A stretch of DNA of 64,000 bases from Isurus oxyrinchus (taxonomy: Eukaryota). Below the pieces are notes generated by a model. The model did not search any database. It had not been told where the DNA came from and was given only the letters and a program-made list of their open reading frames with translations. Both the position numbers and the translations under genes were made by a program. Positions 25,391-36,872 of the stretch are shown in pieces. Numbering within the stretch: the stretch's first letter is position 1; every line of letters begins with the position of its first letter. The stretch lies in contig JANJGN010000131.1 in NCBI GenBank assembly GCA_026770705.1, positions 372,001-436,000 of the forward strand. The letters run 5' to 3'.

Positions 25391-25999
25391 GGTTTCCTTC
25401 AAGTGTGAAATGCTCAATTTATGTATCTTTGTTTTCCACAAAGACGGGGCCTGCTGGTCCATAATGAGTGTGAAATGACTCAGGTCTGCACAGTAATTCT
25501 CAACGTCCACATCTCATTTCTCGACACCGGTGTTCAAAGAGGACTGGGTCAGTTATACACTGTTACTTCTGGCGTGGGCTGCTCCAGTTCAACCTCATTA
25601 GATTCAATGTTAAAAATCCCAAATCATCAGTATTGCAAGCAATGAGACCTCCTTAAAATCATCGTAGTTAGGTTTAGTGTGCACATTGCCTCTTCAGTAC
25701 GGTTACATTCAGTGTGTGCAGGTCCAGTTGTGAGCAATATCTACTATTCTGGACTGGTCTTTTTCAGCAGTATTATATGTTTATCGTGACAATGAACAGT
25801 ATTTTGTGATTCTAATCTGTATCAAGAGATCCAGGTGTGCAGAATGTATTCAGTAAGGATACAGCAGAATGTTACCAATTCCAGGATGAGGACGTCAAAC
25901 AACTTCCCCTTGGAATTTAATGTAATTGCGATAGTCGACCCCCCTATGTCAACATTCGGGGCAGCGTGATAGGGTGATCCAGAGGCCGAGGCACATAAC

Positions 26000-26580
26000 T
26001 TTGTGACATCGTTTTAAATCATAACATGGCAGCTAATTCATTTAACGCGACTAGATTATCAAGCTCGTCTCAGTAACTGTGCCCACAAAAAACGGTCATC
26101 GATTGTTACAAACACCCATCTGCTTCACTACAGTCCTTTAGGGAAGACAATGTGCCGTCCTTACCCGATCTGGCCTACATGTGGCTGCAGACCCACAGTA
26201 AAATGTCTGCCTCTTAACTGCGCTCAAATTGATAACAAATATGGCCTTCTGCGCGATGCCCACATCCCATGGGGCAAAACAATCAAGTTATCAGTATTCT
26301 GCAACTGCACCTTCCAAAGTCCGGGTTTTACTGTCTTGGAAAACAAAGGTAACAGGCACATGGAAACACCATCAGCTGCATTTCACTCACGCTCGAAACT
26401 TGAAAATATTTTTCATCACTTGGTCAAACTGTGAAACTTCCTGCCTTGCAGTATTATGGATGAAGATAGCACACATGGACTGAAGAGGCTCAAGAAGGCA
26501 GCTCACCACGAAATTCTAAAGAAAATTAGCAATTCGCAATAAAGATTGAGCTTGCCACCTAGGGCCATATTGCAGGGATA
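26000..26580 (+). mobile_element. SINE core followed by LINE/SINE 3'-tail fragment, decayed
   Basis: Similar to 14118-14480 ('acacccatctgcttcactac..tcctttagggaag') and to 12830-13255 ('catggactgaagaggctcaagaaggcagctcacc'). Confidence 0.6.
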
Positions 26581-27299
26581 AATAGAAAAGGTGGTATCAG
26601 TATTAAGTGGAGACAATATTGCAGTCCTAGTAATAATGTGTTCCTCATATCAAACACATAACCCAACTGCTGGGAGCTGATAAATTGCACTTGAGCTGCC
26701 ACATTACCTGGGATGTTCCATCACTCGCAGAACAGTGGGAAGATGAGAGACGTTTACTTTGCAAAGAGTTAAAAGGAATGATTCAAAAATGCATTGCAAA
26801 CAGGAATATGAAACTTTCAATCACCCCACATATTGTGGCAGATTTCTATTATCGTTAGAATATCATATTCCCCTTTGACCAATCTTTGTACTTTTAAGCA
26901 CATGCACTCCGATACTTCTGTGTATGTTTCAGTATTAATAAATAACTTGGGTTGACGCACAGTCCACAGCAACAGGGTTTTGCTCAATGTGACCGAAGCT
27001 ATGGGCAAAAATAGGGATATTTTTAATTCATATAAAGCGCCTCCAAGCCAAATTCTCCACATGATGTTTCTTGCATCCACCTGGGATCGTGAAAATGGCT
27101 TAAGTTTTAGATGCCACACGATTTGCTGAACTTCAATCAGCGCAGCTTTCCATTAATACTGCAATGAACTATTATTCATTTTAAATTTATGCTCATGCCT
27201 CAAAGAAATCGACCCCACACCACATGCTCTAAATTTTCCATCACTTAAGTGGCCAACGTTCCAGGGAAGGACAGGGAAACATTACAAAGATACCACGAA

Positions 27300-28600
27300 G
27301 CTCTTATTGAAGCGCAGCGCCATTCAAATGAATGATTTCGACCAACCATTAACAAAAATGGCAAGACTTTCCATCACTTTGCTTGTAATGCAATGTAGAC
27401 TAATGTGGCGATATTTGACCGGACTGGATTGTTCCTTCCTTTTCTGGACAGGCCATATTTGGGCAGCTTCCAATTGTTTGAGTCATTGCCAGCTTTCTAA
27501 GATGTGCAGAAGTCGGAAATAGAGTCAGCTTGTTCTGAAGCACTAATCTTCAATTCTACAGCCGGCTCTTTTTTCGGGCCCGTTGCCTTTGTGGCATCCT
27601 TTGTACTCAATCGTCTTTAATATTAAATGGAATCAATTGAATAGGGTGAGGACAGAACACTGGGACGATGGAGACCTCAGAAGGAGTCTGAGATGGATCT
27701 TCCACTCGGGAGTTCTGGCTGAATGTGGATTAAAATCCTTCAGCCATCTCTTTTTGCACCGATATGCTGGACTCCCCCATCTTTAGGGTTAGGGATATTT
27801 TTGGAATACCCTCTTTCTCTTTATTCTTCTATTGTCCACCGCTGTTCATGATTGGATGTGGAAGGATTGCAGATCTTTGGTTTGACCAATTCTTTGTGGG
27901 ATATCTTAGTGCTGTCAACACATGCTTTTTAAGCTGCTTGGATTGCACAGGTTTCTGTTTTTTTTTTACTTCACCAGGTCGAAACCTCCTTTTTAGGTCC
28001 GGTGGGTGCAGGCCTTGGCGTGCTGTCCGACACCCTTCACTTTATCAGAATTGATCCCTTCATCTGTTGGTAATGTCAAAGTGAGGGATATAACGGGCCA
28101 TGAGTTTACAAACTAACATTTGATACAATGCTACAGCTGCTGATGGCTCACTGCACCTAATGGAAATCCGGCTTTGATTTTCTTGATTTGATTTAGCACA
28201 ATGGGAGCTCCACATAACACGACAGTGTGACAGTTTTCATGTTTACACAGAATGTGTACTGGAGGCTTCTCCCAAAACTATGGTGGATAGGTGCCTCTGC
28301 ATCTACTACAGGTAGTTTGCGTATGATCAAGTAAGGTGTGTTCTTCCCTGTTTTTGGCTCCCTCACCACCTACTACAGGCATAGTCTGGTCAGTGTTTCC
28401 TTGAGCATGCAACCAGGTCAATTTTTACCGGTGCTTCAGAGACGCGCTTGGTGATGAACACTGAAGCCCCTAGAGTTCATTCTGTGACCTTGCACCTCTT
28501 AGTCTTTCTTGCAAGTGGCGCTCAACATGGAGCAGTACGGATTCATCAGGGAAGTGTGGGAAGTGGAGTGGGTGGTCATGTGGGGTGGGGAGGGGGAATC
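27300..28600 (-). mobile_element. Highly decayed LINE remnant
   Basis: Patchy resemblance to the reverse complement of LINE ORF2 sequence ('cttcctttttctggacaggccatatttgggcagcttcc', 'cttcaccaggtcgaaacctcc'); no intact motif. Confidence 0.4.
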
Positions 28601-28829
28601 AGCTGGAGGCACTTCTTCAGTAGGGCCGTTGTGCAAAACAACAAAGCTGCGACCAGTAATGTTGCACAGCTAGTGTAGTTGCAAATAATTTAAACTAAAT
28701 TAGCTAAGCCTGTGCTCGCCCAATTACTGAAATAAAAGCGCGAAACAAGCTGAAGAAGGCAATGTTAGTTTTAGATCAAACTAGAAACGCAACATTTAAT
28801 CTGTTTCATAGACAATAATACGAGGACTC

Positions 28830-29545
28830 TGACATATCAGAATGTTGGAAAGAGTTAGGAAGAGGAGTTCCGATTTCAAAAGTCTACAGCATCTGAATAA
28901 AAGTGGCATGTGGGATTTAACCCAGGAAATGCTAGATTTAGTAAAATGGCCAGTGAGGAACAATATCCATTCAATGTTAAGGTTCTAAACAGTGCACAAG
29001 GACAGAGGGACCTGAGGGTCCGTGTGAATCGATATTCGAAGGTGCCATGACATGTTGAAAGTATCGTTACAACAGGCTGCGGAATTTTCGAGTTCATAAA
29101 TCGAGAAATTGACCATAAATATGTTAACAAGGATGCGGCGCCTTGGCAGCAATATTCGGTGAGTGGAGCTTGGGTTGTTCTCATCGGAGGAAAGGGAATT
29201 GATGAGATGTTTGGTAGAAACTTCCTAGATGAAACGGGTTGACATAAGGTAGACAGCAGAAAATATGTTCCCAGTTACCGATCGTAAAGTTGCTTGGGTG
29301 CAACGTTTTAAGGACCTTCCGAAATGTGCTGGCAGCACGTGATGAACAAAGGTGTTGATGCAGCGAGTGGTCACGACCGCAAAGTGCTGCCTACAATTGT
29401 GGTGGAAACGGAGATGACTCGTGATTTCAAATGGAAATGTGATAGCTACTTAATGGAAATAAACGTGAAGGGCCACTGAGATAAAATGGGGAGGAGGAGA
29501 CTGACTAAACTGTGCTTCACAGATCCTGAATGTTTGCGAAGGACT
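28830..29545 (+). mobile_element. CR1-like LINE 3' fragment, decayed
   Basis: 'aaagtggcatgtgggatttaacccaggaaatg' (KWQMEFNPEKC-like) and 'cagagggacctgagggtccgtgtg' (QRDLGV). Confidence 0.65.
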
Positions 29546-30819
29546 GAATGAGTTCCTTCTGTCTCCAAATGTCCTGGTAACATTATGATATGAGGATTTC
29601 CCAATGTGAATAGATGAAAGCAGAAAGCCAAATTGTTCACAGTGCCTTACTCTATCACCATGGCCCTGTATCATCCCTCAACAATTTTGTCGGCCCTGCA
29701 CTCTCACTACAGGCCTAAATGCATCGAAAATCATTCATTGTTTCGTCTATATCCCTACACTAAAAGAATCCTTGAAATTCACACATTGCTGCCTTTTCAC
29801 TCCAGTCCTGTATCAATCCAAGGGGCATTCATACTGCTCGGCTCTCTCATTACATGCCTGTCTCAGTTCAAAACATTTCACATTGCCTAGCAATTCGCTT
29901 CAACCTGGTACGAACCTGGAATAATTCACTCTGCCCTATTTTCTAAGTGTAAGCCTCTGGCAATCCGAGATATTTCACCCTGGTGTTTTATTCTCACAAT
30001 AAGACTGTACCAATCCAAAATAACTCACAATTTTCTTTCTTCTCACTATAGGCTAGTATCTATCCAAAATAATTGGCACTGCCCGTCATTCGCATTGCAG
30101 CACAGTATTCATTCAAAAATATTCTCTCATTATAGGTATGTATCGAACCTAATCAATTATTACTCCCTATGGCCTTTTCGAAATGTAACATTGATCCGAC
30201 TGCTTTACTCCCCCACCGCCGCTCCCTGCCCCCAACAACTGCTCTGTACAAATTCAAAACAACTCAGACAGCTCCTCGGAGTTGTCGAACCAACAAAATT
30301 ATGCCAGGGTAGAACATTACTGCAGGTATATTACAGAAAGAAAAAACTCTTTAAAAGTTTACCAATATCTGCACTTAGAAAGGAAACTTAAGATTTCTAC
30401 TATATGGTTACTTATATGTGGGTTTGTGAGGAATTCAGTATGAGGCTACAACTCATATGTATATCAATACTATACCACCGGATATAACCTAGCAATCCTA
30501 TGTAAGAAAGCATAAGATTATAAATCCACTTTATTGAACAATCTGGATATTCAAACAAATAATGATTTGAAGAAGTTATTCTTAAAATCTAGTATAATTT
30601 CTTCACCGTATAGTGTACATTTTTCTTAACTTTTAAATGGAATTCTCTCATAACTCAACCCTTTTTATCCTACAGATGGCTGAGCTATGTCTCTGTAGTT
30701 TTGTGTCTGGGTAATGGCTTTCACAGGGGCATGCGTCTTGTCTCTGTAGCTTACTGTACTATCTAGCATTGTTCGTTGTATTCTCTATTTTTCTCCAGAA
30801 TTAGTTCTTATCAACATTT

Positions 30820-31650
30820 GCTAAACTGTGAATCCTTGAGGGTCAGCTGTTTACCATATAGCTTCTACGGGTTTTTGGCTGCGCTCCAATGGCGAGACAT
30901 TTAAGATTGATTTATGAGTTCCCAGGCGTTCTGTTTCTTGTGTTGACAGGATTTTTGGCAATGATACAGATGCTGCATAATATAGTTTAATTATTAATTC
31001 AAATTGTAATTTACTCCTCAATTTCTTCATTAAATGGGTCATTTATTTTACATGCTTAGTTGTTAATTTACATTGATATACACGATGGCTGCGGTGTGTA
31101 CAAAGCTCATCTAATTTGTTGATGGATCATGCAAATACAGTTGAATTGGCAGGGAGTGACAGCTGATTCGCAGGATTTGTATGTGGGCCTCAGCTTTTCA
31201 CCGCATTTAGAAGGATCAAAATGAAGCAACAGAAAGTTTCGAATCCAAATTGCTGCCGAAAATAAGCCATGTGGTACAGTAAATAGTTTACAGAAGGACA
31301 GGACATTGCGAAGGGTTGTTGTTGGATAACTGAATGAGCAAACTGTGGGAGAAAGAATACAATTTGTGGAAGGGTGTTTTTCTCTGGCGCTTTATGTTTA
31401 TCCATTGCACGTCACCATATTTTCTAATTAGCGTGAAACTATAAATGATAGTGGTAAGTATTTTCCATATTTTTGTTTACCCGCCACATGTTTATTGGTG
31501 TTCGATTTGCAATGCGTAACTTGAACAGCAATCATTGCAGTCGATGACCTGTGATGACCACCATTTTTAACTCCGTTGCTGCGGTTAACAGCCGCATTCA
31601 ATTCTCCTTAGAAGTGCACTTTGTTTTCAAGGCTGTGTGATACCCTTCGG
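30820..31650 (+). repeat. Local direct duplication, copy 1 (paralog 32740-33570)
   Basis: About 800 bp alignable, for example 'gcatttagaaggatcaaaatgaagcaacag', 'aaataagccatgtg' and 'gttgttggataactgaa..agcaaactgtgggaga'. Confidence 0.92.
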
Positions 31651-32448
31651 AGCCGGAATTCATTATACTCGGAGCCACATTATTTAGCTGAGCTAAATTT
31701 TGAAATCTCAGTGTTCGTTCGGAAAGCCCTGTGTTTGTTCCCTACTTCCGATCGCGTGTCTGTAGCCCAGCTCCATGCCGCTGAAGAATTCTACTCTGTC
31801 GTCCCTCTTTCGAGGCTCTAGATCGAGGTCTTTCTGCTATATCAGTTGAAAATCCTCACTACTGCTGCGAGACCTAATCTGCCACTACAGCAATCACTGA
31901 ACTGCAAAAAAGCCTTTGATGCGCTTTGACTAGTTTCCACAAAGGCAAAGCCCAAATTGAATCAATGGTGTTCGCTCAATTTTTCTTTTTCATCGTACCT
32001 TGGTTCCTTCTGATATTTAATAGGAATCCGTTATTACCCATAACTTATTTCCTGTCATTCGATTGGTTTCATTATTATAGCGGTTTAACGTTTCATAACG
32101 TTATTATTTACTGTATTTATAAATGAATAAATGTATTGAGCTTTGACCTGTATTTTAATGCCATTTTCAGGTTGTCCTTATGTCAATTTAATACGTTAGT
32201 GAAGATCAAATCCCTCTATTTCTAGATTACATAAAATTTACATGAAACGGAAAGTAAGTGTTTTGTGTCATTTTATATTCCGACTTCCACTTTATTTGGG
32301 ACAATATAAATCAAAAAATGGACTAGCATTAATACATTGGCAAATTAATCAGTTCCAGCGTTGAATGAAGTATTGATGGTCCGTGTGCCATACCATTCTC
32401 CCGCCAAACGGATGTTGTAGCTGGGAGTTCCAGCACTAATTTTTCCCT

Positions 32449-32454
32449 TCTCTC

Positions 32455-32494
<40 letters not shown>

Positions 32495-32500
32495 CTCTCC
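32449..32500. repeat. (CT)n microsatellite forming the polypyrimidine tract of the GPCR fragment
   Basis: Visible CT run directly before the CTTACAG acceptor. Confidence 0.9.
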
Positions 32501-32507
32501 CTTACAG

Positions 32508-32665
32508 CTAACTAGCTGACTATCGTGATCCGTTCCAGAGGAAGATGTGGTCTTTGCAGATACGCAGAGTCCATGGCGGTGACAGATCTCCATGTTATTA
32601 TCATTACACTGATATTAAGCCGGTTTACGGCTGTTTATTTTCCAGTCAGTTTTCTGAACCACTCA
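32508..32665 (+). pseudogene. GPR139-like exon-2 5' fragment (locus 5)
   Basis: After the AG at 32506-32507 it reads (A)N*LTIVIRSRGRCGLCRYAESMAVTDLHVIIITLILSRFTAVYFPVSFL, homologous to TM1-TM2-ECL1 of the paralogs, then breaks off. Confidence 0.85.
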
Positions 32666-32739
32666 AAATACGAAACGGAGACATTCTGAATCTGAATTCT
32701 ACGTTTCTTTTTCCGGAATTAAGTCCTTTCAATCTTTGT

Positions 32740-33570
32740 TCAACTGTGAAGCCTTGAGGGTCAGATGTTTACTGTGTAGCTTCTCCGGATGTTTGGCTGT
32801 CCTCCAACAGCAAAACATTCAAGATTGTTTTATGTATGTCCGCGATTTCTGTGTCTTGTGTTGACGGACGTTTTGGAAATGATACAAATGCTGCACAATG
32901 TAGTTTAATTGTTACTTCAGTAATGTCATTAAAACCAGAATTTCTTAGTTAAACAGGTCATTTATTTTACATGCCTAGATGTTAATTTAAATTGATATCG
33001 ACATAAATTTAACGCGCGATGGCTGTGATATGTACAAAGCTCATTTAATTTGTTGATCGGTAATGTGAATACAGTTCAATTGACAGGGGGTGACAGCTGA
33101 TTCGCACGATTTGTATTTGGGTCTCAACTTTTCACAGCATTTAGAAGGTTCAAAATGAAGCAACAGTAAGTTTTGTACCCAAAGTGCTGCCAAAAATAAG
33201 CCATGTGATACAGTAATTATTTTAGATAAGAAGAGGACATTGCGAAGGATTGTTGTTGGATAACTGAAAGAGCAAACTGTGGGAGAAGGAATATAATTTG
33301 TGGGAGGGTGTTTTTTTGTGGCGATTTGAGCTTAACCATTACAGATCAGCATATTTTCTAATTGGCGTTAAACTGTAAATGATAGTGGTATGTATTTTTC
33401 CATATTTTTGTTTACCCTCCACATGTTTATTCGTAAATTTATCAAATAGTTGCAATCGATTAACTGTTATGAAGAGCAATTTTAACTCTGTTGCTGCTGT
33501 TAACTGCTCCATTCAATTCTCCTAAGATGCATTTTGTTGTCAACACTGTGTGAAACCCATCGGAGTTCAT
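32740..33570 (+). repeat. Local direct duplication, copy 2 (paralog 30820-31650)
   Basis: See copy 1. Confidence 0.92.
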
Positions 33571-34859
33571 GACTAATGTAATCCTGGCCTTAACTCCATT
33601 TTCCTGTCAGACTGAGTAACCATTGGATCTCTTGTCGATCAATAATTTGTCTAACTATGCCTTGAATATATTTAGTGCCCCTGCCGTCTCTTGTTTTCTG
33701 GAGAAGACAATTCCAAAGTCTCCAGAACCTCCTCATCCCCTGGTACTTTGCCTATGAACCTTCCTTTATCATTAACAATAGACCTGGATTTTGCCGTGGA
33801 AAATCACAATGAATAAAATCTCTCCGGCCGAGATCAGTCTGCACTGAAAATCATGCTACAGAACTGCAATTACGCAAATTGAATGTAACCTCACTGATCA
33901 AGACATCTGCACACGAAGCATAGCTGCTGGGAAATTAAAAGGTTCACAGTGATCCATTGGGACTGTCCACCACAGTGAACCACAGAAGGTCAAATTAAAA
34001 GTAAGAATGCAGAACTAAACCAGTCCAGTCTGAATGCAAATGTCCATGTACACATTTATTAACACCGAGCTGACTTTCATAAATCTACACGAAACATAAC
34101 CATGCTCGGCCAGTCCTGTCTCCATCGAATACAGCAGTAATGAAATTGATTATTCTATATGGAATGTAATCACGCTGAAGTGAAATTTTCCACTGCAAGA
34201 AAGAAAGTGTTCACAGCCGGGGCTGTGCACATTGTACGTAGTTGTCTTCCACCGGACAAAGTTGACAATAATCGGGCAAAAAGTCGTCCATATACATCAG
34301 TGTAACAGGATAGAAATTGGCCTGTTCGTCCTGAGTGCAGCTGTGCACAATTTAACCTGAATGCAGTGAATGCAATTTCCTTTTCAAATCTCACAATGGC
34401 AAACTATGAAACAATGTAACTTCATCTGAAACAGATGGAAATGGGTTTGTACTCGAAAGAGTTACTGAACTGGACAGTCACACCAGCGTGATAATCTCCT
34501 AAACTGGTTTTCCACTAAACAGTGATTGCTAACGAGCTGAACAGGACTTTCTACATGGTATATAACCATGTTGATTTGGAGCGCTCCATCATTAATTTAA
34601 TCATGCTCAACAGGAGGTTGTCTTCTCTGAATGTGAGTGGACTGAGCTTAAACTGAAAGCACCAAGCACACACGTCCTGAACTGGATCTTGCCACACAAA
34701 ATGTAAATTCACACACCTGTGCACTTTCGTTATTGCCAGGATTGACATGGCTACACTAACTGAATTGAACTAGTCCACAATGGAAGTAACCGTGCCAAAC
34801 CAGGCATGCGCACAGTGAATATGACCGTGCTGAGCTGCACATTTCTACACTGAATGTAA

Positions 34860-36480
34860 ACACCCTGAATGGAATTAAACAGGAAACGATGGAAATACTC
34901 AAGATATCCGGCAGCATGTGACCTTTCATCAGATCAGTCAAAAGTTACAGATGGAACAGTTTTAATGCAAGTGTAGAGGCAAAAAACGGATTTGGGGGAA
35001 AATGGTTCAAAAGGAGATGCTTCTGGTAAATGGGAAAACAGGAGAAATCAAATGACAAAAGCAGTGATGGTCGAAGTCAAAGTGGAACAAGGAAAAGCAG
35101 AAGAGGAATGTCTAAAAGATGGCAAACTGTTTATAACAGAATCAAAATCAAGAAATGTTTTCCCAACGCAATAACAAAGAGCAAAGAAGGAAGAAAAATG
35201 CAGTGGGTAAGATCACGATTGTTGAAATTTATGGAAAATCCAAAAGCCTAGAAAGTGCCTGAAGGAAATATGAGATTTTACTCCTGAAGCACAGGTTCCA
35301 TTTCCTTGGAGCAGTCGGAGGGTTCAATGACAGTCATGTCAAAGTGAGAGCGGAACAGATAATTAGGTTGACAAGTGACCAGAAGATCACACTTGTGGAC
35401 CGAATGGATGTACCTGAGAAATTATCACCAATCTACATTTAACCTCCAGAATGTGGAGCAGACGGCATATTGAGCAGTTAACAGGGTATACTCAATAGAC
35501 AGAAGTTCAAACAAATCGATTTTCCATTTAGAAGCATTGTTTGGGACGTAGGACAGAGAGAAGGGCAGGGAGGCAGGGGCTGGCGTTGCATGTTCATTGC
35601 GTGCATGGGAATGTTCTTCGGAAAAGGAAGGGTTGGATTGATTTTGGAGGAGGCAAGTGCGGAGTGGAGCAAAGACCCATTCTCAATGTTAAAGAGTAGA
35701 AGTGAGTTGGGCATATTGGGCAGTGACAACATGCCGATGAGTTTGAAAATGCAGAGGTGGAACAAATGATACAAGAGATGTGTGGAATGGTATGCAAGGG
35801 CAAGGAGAAGCCTATTGTGGATCCTGGAGGGGGAGAAGGTGTGAAAGCAGAAGTGTGAGACATGTTACATGCACGGCGCTGGGTTCTGTCAACCACGGTG
35901 CGCTGGAAATACTCAGCTGAAGTAATTGGAAGCTCTATTGGAGAAAGCTAGAAGGGATAATCGAACATATTCAGCAGAAACTGAGATTCTGAGAGAACGG
36001 AAAAGTTCCTTTCCAGTAAACGATGTGCATGGATGTGTATTCAAGATAGCTGGTTGTTGGTGAGCTTCTGTTGAATATTGGGCCATAGCCAATTGCCCGA
36101 TGTGTCCACATCAAAGTGGCAGAAGAAAATATAAATTTCAAACATGGAGCAAGTAAGTGCAGCGGGGGGATTACATTCCAAAGCAAACGTAACCTCATTT
36201 TCCAGTTCGGGGGTTGAACGAGATCAATACTGATCTGGTCATGAATATACCAGGCAAAAGTGTGATGGAGGTGCTTGAGTGGGACTGGATCAATAATTCT
36301 GCTACAAATCCATCCAAAAGCCAAACATAAATAGGACACAAGCCAATACCCATAGCATTGGCGTTTCATTTACAGAGTTAATTGAGACACTTTTCGTCGT
36401 GAGTTGACGTCCAAGCAGGCAGAGAGGCTGATGATGGATGGCTACTGATTGGTTCCTCATTCCAGAAGGAAAAGGGAGCC
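34860..36480 (-). mobile_element. Decayed Penelope-like element remnant
   Basis: Terminal motif 'tggaaatactcaagatatccggcagcatg', similarity around 35220-35300 to the GIY-YIG tail at 61480-61580, and a minus-strand 'gccaatgctatgggtattggc' resembling RT G.AMG. Confidence 0.5.
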
Positions 36481-36728
36481 ACATTACACGTGATCCATGT
36501 ACACACGGGCTGAAAAATGATCAAGACTGAGAACTTTGTAATGTTTTCTTGCGGGGTTTAAAGCCATGGATGTTCGTGCATAGTGCTCACTTTCACAATT
36601 ACAATGGCTTATTTGGCTTGTTATTTAAATTTTAGGAAAAAATGCAACTTGGACCGTACTCTCCTGTCGCGCCAATGTCCTTGAAAACAGATTCCATTCC
36701 ATCAAAAATATAAACGCGAGCGTGGCAG

Positions 36729-36825
36729 CAGCTGCACTAAAATGTTTTTTTCAGTTAGTGTAATTAATGTAAAAAGCCAAACCTTCTCATTGTCTCCCTA
36801 GAGTCTGACATCATGTATAAATCTA
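36729..36825 (+). promoter_or_regulatory. Conserved promoter of locus 3: E-box, TAAT sites, HD-like plus O/E-like composite, TATA box
   Basis: CAGCTG 36729-36734, TAATTAAT 36761-36768, CTCATTG 36786-36792, TCCCTAGAG 36795-36803 (-78) and TATAAA 36816-36821 (-57). Confidence 0.7.
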
Positions 36826-36872
36826 ACAGTCTTTCGGTGTAGCACAGAGCCCACTTGGAGCTTATGAGAGAA

